From the NCBI RefSeq assembly GCF_001194135.2, contig NC_068996.1, forward strand, positions 26,095,993 to 26,132,077: a stretch of DNA of 36,085 nucleotides, given 5' to 3'. This document shows, piece after piece, positions 1 through 11,620 of the stretch (its first letter is position 1; every line of letters starts with the position of its first letter). Source of the DNA: Octopus bimaculoides. Taxonomy: Eukaryota. The notes beneath the pieces were generated by a model, which saw only the letters and a list, made by a program, of their open reading frames with translations, was not told the DNA's origin and searched no databases. The translations under genes were made by a program, and so were the position numbers.

Positions 1-39
<39 letters not shown>
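1..39. repeat. (TA)n microsatellite
   Basis: Pure TA dinucleotide run at the window start. Confidence 0.98.
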
Positions 40-42
<3 letters not shown>

Positions 43-175
43 GATTCAGATGAATATCGTACTTAAGTTGAGGCACCAGAATTTAGTATGGTATTATGCA
101 TGCAATTTCAAAATAAGGTGATTAAAATCAAAATAAGCAACAAGGATATCCAGAGGTAATGCAGTATGATCTTTC

Positions 176-210
<35 letters not shown>

Positions 211-890
211 TATCTTTTATTTACTATCTATACCATTCCTTTTCTCTCCTGAATCCCTGTTACTTCATGTCTATTTTACTTTCTTTATTTCCATTGCTGA
301 GTACTTATTTTCTTCTTTATCTCCTTGCTGAGTACCTACTCTACTTGCATGTTTGCAAATATATATTTGCAAACATGCAAATATCTATAAATGAGCCAAC
401 TCAACAGCTACTGTAAAAGCAGTCTCAGTAGACTCTGAAATACAAAAGACCAGTTTTGGTATTAACAATCTCTCAATCTAGTATGATGATACCACTAGAG
501 CTGAACTGCAATCATTATCACCATAATTTTTTTACACCTGACATCTACACACAGCCTTGTTAAAAAACAAAAATCATCTGTGCTACTTGAATGTCTTTAG
601 TTACAATCATTCAGATCATACCTCTTGTTCTCACTACTCTTTCCTTTATGTTTGGCAGTGGGTACAAGAGTAAAACTGGTCCTGATCCAAACAGATAGGA
701 CATAAGTTAAGGTCCATTGTTAATGCTTCAAAAGTTTGCCATATCTACTGGCTGGTACATAATCCTAATACATTCTACTTCCGTTTATGACTAGTACTTC
801 AATAAGAAGACAGTGTTTTGAGGACCCTAACCCAAGCTACTGGCATACATCTTGACCACTTAGAAATGACAAAGTAGTAAGATTTAGGAT

Positions 891-1120
891 CATCATTATC
901 ATCATTATTTAATGTCCCTTTTCCATGCCAGTTTGGATTGGACAGTTTGACAGGAGCTGGTGAGCAAGAGGACTGCACCAGCTTCAATGTCTGCTTTGGC
1001 AGGGTTTCAATGGCTGGATGCCCTTCCTAATGCCAACCACTTTACAAAATGTACTGGATGCTCTTTTCGTAACACCAGTACCAGTGAAGATGTCAAGTAA
1101 CTCACAAGACAAGACCCTTG
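891..1120 (-). mobile_element. Retroposon (SINE/LINE) 3' end with (GAT)n tail
   Basis: (CAT)n followed by tttaatgtcc..ttccatgc...ttggatt/ggacagtttgacagg...ggatgcccttcctaatgccaacca. The same motif recurs at 1181-1325, 7781-7845, 13937-14115, 24910-25050 and, on +, at 33720-34000. Confidence 0.8.
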
Positions 1121-1180
1121 AAATGGAAGAAAGGGAGTAGTATTACAGGAGGTGATGAGAGGTTAAAGTATACACACAGA

Positions 1181-1325
1181 CATCATCATCATCATCATCG
1201 TTTAATGTCCTGCTTCCATGCTGGCATGAGTTGGATGGTTTGACAGGAGCTACACCATACTTGTCTGTTTTGACATGCTTTTTATTGCTGGATGCCCTTC
1301 CAAACACCAACCATCCGGCAGAGTA
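1181..1325 (-). mobile_element. Retroposon 3' end, same family as 891-1120
   Basis: (CAT)n-cgtttaatgtcctgcttccatgctggcatgagttggatggtttgacagg...ggatgcccttcc is clearly homologous to the other copies. Confidence 0.8.
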
Positions 1326-1330
<5 letters not shown>

Positions 1331-1385
<55 letters not shown>

Positions 1386-1435
1386 CACATACACACACAC
1401 ATGCATGCACACACACTCAAACACACACAAACACA
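1331..1435. repeat. Compound (AT)n/(CA)n microsatellite
   Basis: Direct reading; it explains the overlapping YIYIY/HTHT ORFs. Confidence 0.97.
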
Positions 1436-2184
1436 TACAAAAAGCATATAGATGCAAAACATGCTAAAGAGAATAGCATTCAAGTGCCAAAGGTAGAGTA
1501 AAACAGTGTTTTATGGAAGCTGAAGAACTGAGTTATCACAATTATCACTGCACCATTTATATGCCTTTATAAACCATAGTAACATTCCAAACATTTAGTT
1601 CTATCTGATAACTGAGTAACAGTTTGAGACGCTTTTCAGCTTCAACAAAACACTATACATACACATGTTGTCTAGGAATCCATAAATCAGAAAAAATATG
1701 CACTCATATATATGTCAATGGAGTGGGTGTATTAACATACGCAGTATTAGAGATCAATTATTGCTGTAATAAATCTATAATTTTATACACTTTAATAAAC
1801 ATACATATATGTATAAATTATATATTCGGTTAAAATGTCTTATGGTTAAGTTGGATCCTATGTATTTCCCTGAAGAGAACATTACATCTGTATCAACATC
1901 ACTTATTCCTTTGGAAGGAACCATTTGTAATCTTCGAGACATATGTCGGAAATAAAAGAATTCATTTAACATATGCGTATTACTCCATTTATTAGATTTT
2001 TATATTTACTCAAATACCCAAAATAACAGGGAGTTTCTACCTCATAAGCAGGAGTTACACCACAGTCATTTTGTGATCTTTGCTACCCTGGTATCTATTA
2101 ACCAATTAATTTTGTCGGAGTTAATTATTAACTTAGAGAAAATAAATACACATAATAAAATATATATATATATATATATATATA

Positions 2185-2385
2185 NNNNNNNNNNNNNNNN
2201 NNNNNNNNNNNNNNNNNNNNNNNNNNNNNNNNNNNNNNNNNNNNNNNNNNNNNNNNNNNNNNNNNNNNNNNNNNNNNNNNNNNNNNNNNNNNNNNNNNNN
2301 NNNNNNNNNNNNNNNNNNNNNNNNNNNNNNNNNNNNNNNNNNNNNNNNNNNNNNNNNNNNNNNNNNNNNNNNNNNNNNNNNNNNN
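2185..2385. other. Assembly gap (N run)
   Basis: Ns directly after a (TA)n run. Other gaps: 15839-15893, 21183-21403, 33550-33582, 34034-34133. Confidence 0.99.
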
Positions 2386-2431
2386 ACAAAGTAGAATTGA
2401 TATGAGAAGAGGCACATTATATATATTAGTG

Positions 2432-2673
2432 CAGGGGTTTTCAAACTGTTTGACTTGCGGACCCCTTTATATTTCAGGCTTTACCTTATAAATATTTGCT
2501 TAAAATAACATATTTTTACATTTATTTATTTAACAATATTTAACAAATAGGTTTATTGTCAATTAAAAGATTTCGATTAAAAAACATATATAAAATCAAA
2601 TTGCCCATAAAAAGTATTTGCTGTCCACGGACCCCTTGTCTTGTCCTTGCGGACCACAGTTTGAAAACCCCTG
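2432..2673. mobile_element. hAT-superfamily (Charlie-like) MITE, 242 bp
   Basis: Perfect 16-bp TIRs caggggttttcaaact / agtttgaaaacccctg. Flanking 8-bp TSD tattagtg (2424-2431) / cattagtg (2674-2681), 7/8 match. An 8-bp TSD with central TA and CAGGGG termini is typical of hAT. Confidence 0.9.
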
Positions 2674-4629
2674 CATTAGTGGTACCAACTACCTACTTTA
2701 GACACAGCAGGAACTTTTGCATTAAAGCAGTAGATGAAACAAATCTTATACCGGTAGGTTGATAATGTTTACATAATATATTAAAGAAGAATTTTCTATA
2801 ATGGCTTCTTGTTATTTTCTCCATGTTCAGCAGATACAGACACATATTAATTGAAGTGCTCCGACTACTTATCACACTAAGCCATATTTATTCTACAGTA
2901 TTATTAAATTGATATACACAAACTGAGACAAGTGGAAGAAACTAAATGACAGTGCTGGCAATAGGATCCAAATTATTGATCGACAAGCTGGTAGTCCAAA
3001 ATAAAATTAGAGGAAATCCCTGTGACATGAATCCTACCCCCAGCATTCCTATCATCCTTTCACAAACAGAATAACAGAACCAAAAGTAATTCCTCACAAA
3101 TCATGGATTTAGTTATTGTTCATATAGACTTCTTGCTCATGCATGTAGTTTGTCAGTCCTGATCTTGGTTGTTCATCTCACTCCAATGCAAGCACCCTCC
3201 TGACACACACAGACTGCAAGTTCAAACTTTACTGGAATCTATTCTACTTTTTATATTAAGGCTGACAGAATCATTATTGCTTCAGAGAAAATGTTTAGAG
3301 GCATTTCTTATGGCTCTTTACATTCTGAGTTCAACTCTGCCTTTTACCCTTTCAAAGTGGTGCCCCAGCATGGCCACAGTCAAATGACTGAAACAAGTAG
3401 AAAGTAAAAGCTATGACTAACATATTGCTCAAACCAGTATCATCATTCTGTCTGATATTGAAAACCTATCACCATCAGATAAGATCCAAAGTTGCTATTT
3501 TCTATCTTACAAGGAAGATGGCGATAAGGAGTGGAATTAGAAACAAGAACACACAAAGAACATGAGTTGATGCTGCAAGGCATCTTCATTGACATTCTTA
3601 ATTCAACTAACCCACCTTTCTGGATTGGTACTGTAATTATCAGTTCTCCATATCCCCACCCCCATCCAAAAGGTAATGTTGACCTCGGCTGAATTTGAAC
3701 TAAGAGCCCAAGAGTATACCAAAGCAAAAACAAGGTATTCTATTATATATTCTCAGGACTGTGAATCCACCACCTCATTTTTATTTTTTCATTCTCTCCC
3801 TCCCTGCATCTTAACGTGATGCCTAATTGGTCTGAGTTCAAATCTTGCCAGAGGTTTGTTTTGTAGCCTTGGAGTTAATGAAATAAGTAGTGCCAATTAT
3901 ACACCGAAATTGATTCAATCAATTAAAATTTTCCTACAAATTATATTGGCACGGTGCCTATTGAAAAGGAATTAACAGTGAAGAACAAAGAAAAGAATGA
4001 AAAAGAGAGAGAGAAAAAAGACAGCTCGATAAAAATATAGAAGCAAGTGATGGTGCATGCATGATCAATTATTATTATTATTATTATCATTATTATCATT
4101 ATTATTATTTTAACATATCAACCAACTAAAAGTGTAGGTGGGCCAAAAATAGATCTAAGGTGAACTTGCTGTTTTAATTAGCTGCTCAAGAGAACAAACA
4201 GAAAAGCTAATTACAAACAGTAGAGGTAAGTTGGCAATGGATCAGTGGGTTCACTGCAGCATGGAACTTGTTACAAAGAATGCTGCTAGCAGTTAGTGGG
4301 TTAAGAAACCAAGAATTCTTAACGAGGATCTAAAACAATTAGAGAAAACAACTGCACAAAAAAAAGTAAAGATCTGAAAAATTCGAAAAGGGAACTTGAT
4401 TTTTAAGATTGAAACAATGCTCTCTTTTATTTCAATTAACACTTTTTACCATTTTATCATTTTATATCCATGTTGCCATGTTAGCATGATTGCAATTACT
4501 TCTACACATTTGAACATTTGCATTACAACCACTCAGCCGTAAAGTAGAGCTACATATGAAAATATAAATACCTAATAAATCCTGTAAGAGTTTTAATGAC
4601 TGATTCTTAGCTTCAGTTTCATGGCATTG

Positions 4630-4860
4630 AGAAACTGAGAGTTAAAAATTACCCCTGGATAGGACATTAGTTTACTACAAATAATGTTACTGAAACCAAC
4701 AAAGGACATGTTATGTAGTCACTTGGCTTCCTAGAAATAGCAGCCAAATCTCTATCTAATTACATCTTCATATAGAAAGAGACGGGATGACTGCAGTTTG
4801 AACACCTTTGATCACATATCTGCTCAAACAGGATTGACTTGGAGCTAAACAACAAGTAAT
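4630..4860 (+). mobile_element. Decayed SINE body/tail fragment
   Basis: Contains gtcacttggcttcctagaaatagcagccaaatct; a second copy of this motif lies at 23357-23392. The family assignment is from recall of cephalopod SINEs. Confidence 0.5.
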
Positions 4861-5189
4861 ATTAATTAATAGATGATTTGTTACCTATTCCTGACAGGTG
4901 AAACTATGTAGAATAAATGAAAACTGTATGTCAGTCAGATAAACAATGACATTTAGAGTTAAAATATGGTAGAGTGCCAGACTAAATTCTTTGCAAAATT
5001 TAGTTTTCTTCCTTCTGTTTTGCAATTGAATCCTTTATTTTGAGATGATTTTGTCTTCTATTATTCCAGGGTCAATATAATAAATATTAGTAATAAGCAG
5101 TGTTCAATTTTAATCAAATATATCTTTGTCTTATAAAAACTGGTTCCACGCCAAAGGCAGTTATTCATGCTGCTGACTAGCATTGTGGT

Positions 5190-6060
5190 GTGGATAAAGT
5201 TATGAATAAATTAGCCAGTCTCACCATGAAACAGGTTGAGAAAAAGTTGGACTGAAATGGTGAATGCATACATCACCTACTGCCATATATTACCACCTGG
5301 CCACTATTCTTTGTCCAGCATTTTGTCTGATTATACCTATAGATTCTTATAGAAAAGAATGCATCCTTCTTAGCAAGCAGCATATCTGCTGTCAACAAGT
5401 TTTGAATGGGGGAACTGATGATATTCAGATATGTACTGAGGTTATTCCCATCTATGCAGATCCCTCGATGGCAAGAAAGTGCAGCCACCCTTTGACAGGC
5501 AGGTTTTCCCTCAAATCATTTTTTTTGACAAAGCTTCAGTCCAAACTGCCTATAGAGGACTAGCAGCATGGAAGAATGGCGATATCCTTTGATAAACTCC
5601 AAGCATCAATGAAACCCACCCAACAGACTAATTATGAAGACTTTCAGTCTGAGATTCTGAATGACATCTCTAGCTTAGCAGTCGTACATGAGAGGCATTG
5701 ATAGTTTCAGATAAATGTGCTTGTCTGGGGTACAGTCAAAGTGATTGAACAATTCTGTACACAGTGATTCAGTGTCTGACTTATGGTGTTATGTCAAACA
5801 GCCATTGTAAAGTGTAGGACAGATCTAGTTATCAGCCAATTACAGCTTGATGATCACCTTGCTTGACAATCACTCTGCTTGCATATCCTTCCTGGCCAAA
5901 GGAAGTGGCTAGAAAGAACAGACAATTTTCCTTTGGTTATAGTAAAAGAACTTGTGTGGTTTACATGACCAAAAAGTTCGAGGACAGATGCCTTCATTTT
6001 TTTTACCAAAGACATCACCTGGAGTAGAAGGCGAGAGTGAAGAGAGAGGTGCTGCACTCT
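5190..6060 (-). mobile_element. Highly degraded RTE-clade LINE RT fragment
   Basis: Broken minus-strand frames give, in the expected order: MKASV...SSFTITKG (cf. M.A.V...S.PF.I..GVKQG), RQFGLKLCQKK (cf. FGLTISLKKT), ICIDGNNL..TYL..IS (cf. I.IDG..LE.V..F.YLGS.IS), TK...VVIYGSR (cf. TK..VY..V..LLYGSE). Many stops and frameshifts. Confidence 0.6.
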
Positions 6061-7525
6061 AGCAAATTTCCTTGACAGATGATGAGAGTATTGAGCAGAG
6101 TTTGAGTGAATGGTCCTATGCTCAGCATATACCAATAGATCAAAGAACAACAAGTGGGAGAGGGTACATACTATTGTTAGTTATGGTAATCCTGAATCTA
6201 TAGGGTTTCTCAACTGCCTCTGCTTGGGAAATTACCATAGTTTATGCACATCTATGTATAGTATTATTTTTTCATCATTTCATTTCAATATAAACCCTGC
6301 AAACACACTTTCTCTATTGGCTCTGTAATGACAATCACCCTTCAAGTAACAGCTTTTCCACACACAAAATTGCAAGCCTTGCAAAAGAGTTATAATTATT
6401 ATCATTTATTTATTTGCTCAGACAATAAGATATCTGACTGCAGGAGCTTAATTCTAGGGAACAATATGTGTGTAAAAATGATTTAACTCACAGACATTTA
6501 ATGAAGCCACGTTCAAACAAATCAATGCCACTCCATTCAAGGGACATGGCATCTCATGGTAACAACAGAATCATCATCATCATCATCATCATTATCATCA
6601 CAATGATGTTTAATCACTTGCTAAATCTCTTGGTAAGTCATATGTAGTACAATGCAGTGCAGTATGCATCTTATTTATTGCTGTGACTAGAAGATGCCAT
6701 TATTTATCTGAAGTGACCCTCACTGCAGACTAGCAGCACTCACTTATCTCTTCACCTAAAATCATAATACACAAGAAACAACCTACCTAATGCATTTATA
6801 TGGGAAGACATTCATACAAGTATGAGGAATCATTAAGCCCTACACATTCTTTTTCTTCCTCTTATCTCTTTCTATCATAGAGTGTAGGCTCAAAATGTCA
6901 AAAACCTTTTCCATTCTTCCGAACATCAAACTAATACATCTGCTTGTTGTTCCCTATCTGTTTTTGTCTTTTGTTTCTGTAAATTTGAACTATATATATA
7001 TATATATATATATTGCCTACATTTCAAAGAATATATATGTTTATGTATGCACCAAATCAACATGTGAATGTTTGCATTTGTATATACATGTATACATAGA
7101 TATGATACTTTTACTAAATCATTGATAGTGTTCTTTTTGTCTATGCTTCCTCATTCTCATTTGTTTTTATACCACACAACTGCCACAACAAACATGAACT
7201 ACCACCAACACCACCACACAACTGAAACCATAGACGCTGTCACCAATGTTCCACTAACAAATAATATTATAATATTGGCATGATTACAAAAAAAATATAT
7301 TAAAATTTACATGAACCTCTACCACCATCACCACCACCACAATTAGCAAAACTACTAATACTACTACAGCTTTTATCAACAAACACTGTTGCCGCCACCA
7401 GAAATACTGCTGTCACCACCACCATCACCACAACCATGACTACTCTAAATTATATGACACAGATAACACACCTGTATGACTTGGCTAAAATCTCACATTA
7501 AATTGATTGGCCAACTCTGATAATA

Positions 7526-7562
<37 letters not shown>

Positions 7563-7639
7563 ATTCATTATCCGAGTTGGCCATATATATATACACACAG
7601 ACACACACACACACACACACAGACACATACACACATACA

Positions 7640-7960
7640 CATAATATATGAAGAGCCACATGGCTTAGTGCTTAAGGGTGTTGTGCTCATGAATGTAAGA
7701 TCGAGGTTTCAATTCCCAAAATAAGTGATATGTTGTTTTCTTGAGCAAAACACTTCATTTCACATTGTTCTAGTTTACTTATCATCATCAACATCATCGT
7801 TTAACCTCTGCCTTCCATGCTGACATGGGTTGGATTGTTTGACAGGCAGCTGGCAAAAATGAGTAATCCTGCAATAGATTGATGTCCTGACCTGAGAGTG
7901 GGAAATATATACACTACAGAATCTGAAAATCACGCCTTATGAGCATATGGCTCAGGAATA
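7640..7960 (+). mobile_element. tRNA-derived SINE interrupted by a short retroposon 3'-end insertion (7781-7845)
   Basis: A-box-like tggcttagtgctt and B-box-like ggtttcaattcc, then cttgagcaaaacacttcatttcacattg. The body resumes at cagctggcaaaaatgagtaatcc after a (CAT)n-tailed insert. Confidence 0.65.
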
Positions 7961-8252
7961 TACAAATGATTTAAATTCAAACTACCACTGTTTTTCTGCT
8001 GTGAAAACAAGATGATCTGACAAGCATGAAAACGCATGGTATGCTATGCAAGCTTGTCAGATCATCATATTTTCACAGTATGAAACTAGTAGTAACTCAA
8101 ATTTAAATGTGTATATTAAAAGGTATTTATCTGTCAAAATATATCTTATCGTTTTCTGGATGGAATACTTTTTATTGACCCCATCAGTTATTGATCAACA
8201 CTTAGTTCCCAACCACATAGTTTTGGATTCAGTCCCACTGCATGGCACCTCA

Positions 8253-8303
8253 TATATACATACATACACACACACACACACACAACACAATAAACAAGAA
8301 CAC

Positions 8304-8391
<88 letters not shown>
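8253..8391. repeat. (CA)n/(TA)n microsatellite
   Basis: Direct reading. Confidence 0.95.
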
Positions 8392-8392
<1 letters not shown>

Positions 8393-8667
8393 TCTTTTAC
8401 TTGTTTCATTTGTGTGTTTACTTCATGTCTATTTTTCCATGCAAGTATAAGTTTAAATGTAGAGTTATTTGAAGTGGGATTATTACAGGCCAGATGAGGA
8501 TCCTGCTGCCACCAACCCTTATTTGTTTCTCAAGTGAAGAACCTTTTATTCCAGAGGTCTTTTGAAAATGCTGAGTGACCAGTCATACAGTCATAATGAC
8601 AATATCACCAACACTTCAACTCAGCTGGTGACAAGCGTAGAATACCAACACAACATTCACACTTATT

Positions 8668-9275
8668 TTGAGTGCTCACTTTACTGGTGTAGACAGACAA
8701 TGGAACATGTTCTAAGCTCCTGCAGAGTAGCTCTAACTCAAGTAAAACACGTGGCGACACAATCAAGAGCTTTAATGGCAAGAGTAAAACCAGAATCTGC
8801 AACAGCATACTACATGGCAGAGGTAGCAAATCATGGCCAGGAACAGCTATGAGATATAAGGCACAGGAACAGAGGCTTCTGGGTGTGTGGATGACTGGAA
8901 GTCTTCAGTAGACCTTCCAGGATGAGCAAAACAATCAGAAACAATCAGGAAGAGTGGTTTGAGGCCAGGTGTCATACTCCATTCCAGTTTGTCAAAGCAA
9001 CTGATTTTGATTGAACTTACTGTGCCATTTAAAAATTGAATAGAAGAAACCCATGTGCCCAAGGACCAAAAAATATGCCAGTTTGACCAACAGCCAACTT
9101 CCAGGTCAAGGTTCTTACAATAGAAGTTGGAACCAGAGGGATTGTGGGCAAATCTGCTTACAATCTAATAAAACAACTCTGAGTTCCTGGGAAGAACAGA
9201 ACCAAAGCCCTAAATGCAATATCAAAGACAGCAGAAAGGTATTTTGGCTAGATCTGGCTGAGAGAGAACAAAAAT
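8668..9275 (+). mobile_element. HERO-like non-LTR retrotransposon (R2 group) 3' fragment: zinc knuckle remnant plus restriction-like endonuclease
   Basis: Manual translation: MEHVLSSCRVALTQ; DDWKSSVDL..SGLRPGVILHSSLSKQLILIELTVPFKN*IEETH; VLTIEVGTRGIVGKSAYNLIKQL*VPGKNRTKALNAISKTAERYFG*IWLR. These match the recalled HERO motifs LEHILSSC..ALTQ, DW..VDL, LRPD, ELTVPWE..IEEAHERK, EVGCRGFVG.S and AE.AS.WLW. Stops and frameshifts are present. Confidence 0.85.
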
Positions 9276-9624
9276 AACTTCCATACCATTTGAAGGCTAT
9301 AAACTCGTATTTGAAAGCTAAGGGAAGTAACACTGAGGAGTTATTTTGATAGTGTTGATGTTTCACCATTACCATGACAACCAACGTTATTTCTTCTGTA
9401 AGTATAAGTTTGGAAGCAGAATCAACAGAGAAGTTTAAATGCACAAGTCTCCGAGAGTAAAGTGGCTAAACAGTGTCAGCAGAAGGGAACCCAAGAGTCA
9501 TGACCTGGATGTGACCTGGCCTGGCCCCCTTGGAGTGTAAGAAGTTATGGCCAAAACACTTGTTTGAGTGGAGATTTCTACACTGAAGACTTTTTACTGT
9601 TCTGTGCTCTTGAGAGTTTCTTAC

Positions 9625-9678
<54 letters not shown>
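9625..9678. repeat. (CT)n(AT)n microsatellite between the HERO-like and Penelope-like fragments
   Basis: Direct reading. Confidence 0.95.
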
Positions 9679-9679
<1 letters not shown>

Positions 9680-9682
<3 letters not shown>

Positions 9683-10200
9683 GAGACTTGTGTAAGGCTG
9701 GAACAGTGTAAGAAGATGTAAACTAAACTACAAAAAGAAAACAAGACGAAGTTGTAGTTTTTCCTTATATTTCTATACTTTGGGGCACTGATCCCTTCTT
9801 CAGGAAATGTGGAATAGTAAAGGATGGAAAAGGTCATTGCTTGGTATACTGGGAAAGAAGGAGGAAGAAGGAGAAAAGCGACGAATGCAGATTGGTGTTG
9901 CTAAAGTAACCAGTTTGCTTCATGTAGTTCTTTCCTGCTGTTAATGGCTGGTCTCTCTTTGTTGATAAGGAGGACATCCAAGATTCTGAGATTGCCCCTG
10001 TTGCGTTGAGTGGGCCTGATGGATACATGGAAATCCTGGGTCTGACAATTTAGGCGTTTTTTGATTGACATGTCTGAGCATATATGTTCTTTTATTTGAA
10101 CACGCAATTTCCTGGTGGTTCTCCCAATGACATATATAATTTAACATACGCTTGTTGTATTTTGAGCCTAAAAGATGGCATAATAGCACATGGCATACTA
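9680..10200 (-). mobile_element. Penelope-like element 3' fragment: GIY-YIG endonuclease C-terminus plus pseudo-LTR
   Basis: Minus frame reads YVIGRTTRKLRVQIKEH...QDFHVSI...NLRILDVLLINKERPAINSRKELHEANWLL* (stop 9901-9903), matching YIG.T.R.L..R..EH ... L.I.E.L.I...P.LN. It is followed by a pyrimidine-rich tract and a CUGAAGA hammerhead-like motif. Confidence 0.8.
9769..9808 (-). ncRNA. Degenerate minimal hammerhead ribozyme motif in the Penelope pseudo-LTR
   Basis: Minus strand reads AUUUC-CUGAAGA-A-GGG aucagug CCC-CAAA-GUA-UA-GAAAU. Stem I is AUUUC/GAAAU, the core is CUGANGA and stem II is GGG/CCC, but GAAA appears as CAAA. Confidence 0.6.
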
Positions 10201-10353
10201 TACACTTGCTGAACTATTGTGTCAGAGTATGAAACTTATAGTAGCAAACATTTAAATCCTGTGTTTATTGGATGATATTATATTCCACTGGATGGAGTAC
10301 TTTTTGCTGATCTCATCAATAACACAGGACTCTACACTATATATATATATATT

Positions 10354-10404
<51 letters not shown>

Positions 10405-10593
10405 ATTTAAGAGAGAAGTAACAACAAACATTTACTAATGAAAGTACTCTATAGCAGATGCTAGCAGAATCTATGACTTCAATTTTCACTTCATTACTGG
10501 TTGTAATGGATTAGGAAGCAAAATTATAAGGAAAGAGTGAAGTGAAATAGCTTAGCAGGAAACTGGACCAATACCAGAAGCAGTACTAAGATG

Positions 10594-10632
<39 letters not shown>

Positions 10633-10709
10633 TGCCTGTAGTAGAGTTAAATGAAGAACAACTTCAGAACTGCTTGTCGTATCACATTGATGCACACAGT
10701 CATGTGATC

Positions 10710-10830
10710 AATCTGAGAGAATGTGGTCTCCAAATCAAAGTCCTCACCAGAGAGCTGAGTTCAAGAGGGTTTGTGGGCAGATCTGCATGTGATTTATATA
10801 AATAACTGAATATAAGGGAAACAATGAAAT
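10710..10830 (+). mobile_element. Second HERO-like endonuclease fragment
   Basis: ECGLQIKVLTRELSSRGFVGRSACDLYK*L. The DNA caaagtcctcaccagagagctgagttcaagagggtttgtgggcagatctgc aligns by eye with caaggttcttacaatagaagttggaaccagagggattgtgggcaaatctgc near 9107-9160. Confidence 0.65.
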
Positions 10831-11089
10831 AAATAAATGAACAAATGACAATAGGGAAAGACAATAATAGAAAAAAAAATTCATGAACAAAATTGGTTGT
10901 GATATTTGTTTTGCATTGAATTACAGATACTCCCTTGTTACTGTTGCCATCAAAAATACAGTGAATCAGTGCCTGACTAGTCACAAATCTGTAACCAACA
11001 AAACTTATTGTTCACAAATTGCAATAAAAAAAAAAATTAGAAAATGAATCATTTCAGCTTGGAAACAAAAGTTGGAACATGGTATTGAT

Positions 11090-11170
11090 GGTGGTGGTGG
11101 TGGTGGTGGTGGTGGTGGTGGTGAGATTGACTTTGATGATGATGCTTTGAGCATCATCATCATCATCATC
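11090..11170. repeat. (GGT)n, (GAT)n and (CAT)n trinucleotide repeats
   Basis: Direct reading; they produce the poly-G/D/I ORF. Confidence 0.9.
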
Positions 11171-11539
11171 TTTAACTCCTTTGATGTTATTTCATCAGAG
11201 ACATACCACAGGTTAACTTATTCTGTGAGTGTTACAAGTCAACATATATTAAATCCAGCAGGAGAGCTGTTGCTAACATTATGACAGAACAAGGTGAAAC
11301 AGCTGGTCAGGCAATGATGGTCTGCTTTTTATTGTGCATCGTCATGCAATAAGTGAGCACTATTGAATAATTGATGAGAAAATGTCACACGCAAACTGCG
11401 CTGTAAACATGAAACTGCAGAATTAAAGAGAATTTCACAAGACCTTGGAAAGCATTGCAATTAGACATGTATTCCTACTTCATGGAACCCTTCTGTTATG
11501 GTTTTGCATAATGAGAACTTACTGAAAAATTAGTACCTT

Positions 11540-11620
11540 CTCTCTCTTTCACAATATTCCTCTCTCTCACTCTTTCACAATATTCCTCTCTCTCTCTTTC
11601 ATAATATTCCTCTCTCTCTC
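11540..11620. repeat. Three-copy minisatellite, unit about 24-26 bp: (ct)n-ttcacaatattc
   Basis: ctttcacaatattcctctct occurs three times, with (CT)n length variation and one c>t change. Confidence 0.85.

Noticed and set aside
4182-4225. Possible 44-nt exon (ttaattag|...agag|gtaagt; one open frame CSREQTEKLITNSR)
   Set aside because: The donor is strong, but there is no recognisable homology or partner exon, and such sites occur by chance in 36 kb. Needs RNA-seq.
6555-6570. catggtaac RFX X-box-like half site
   Set aside because: Only a half match with no promoter context; expected by chance.
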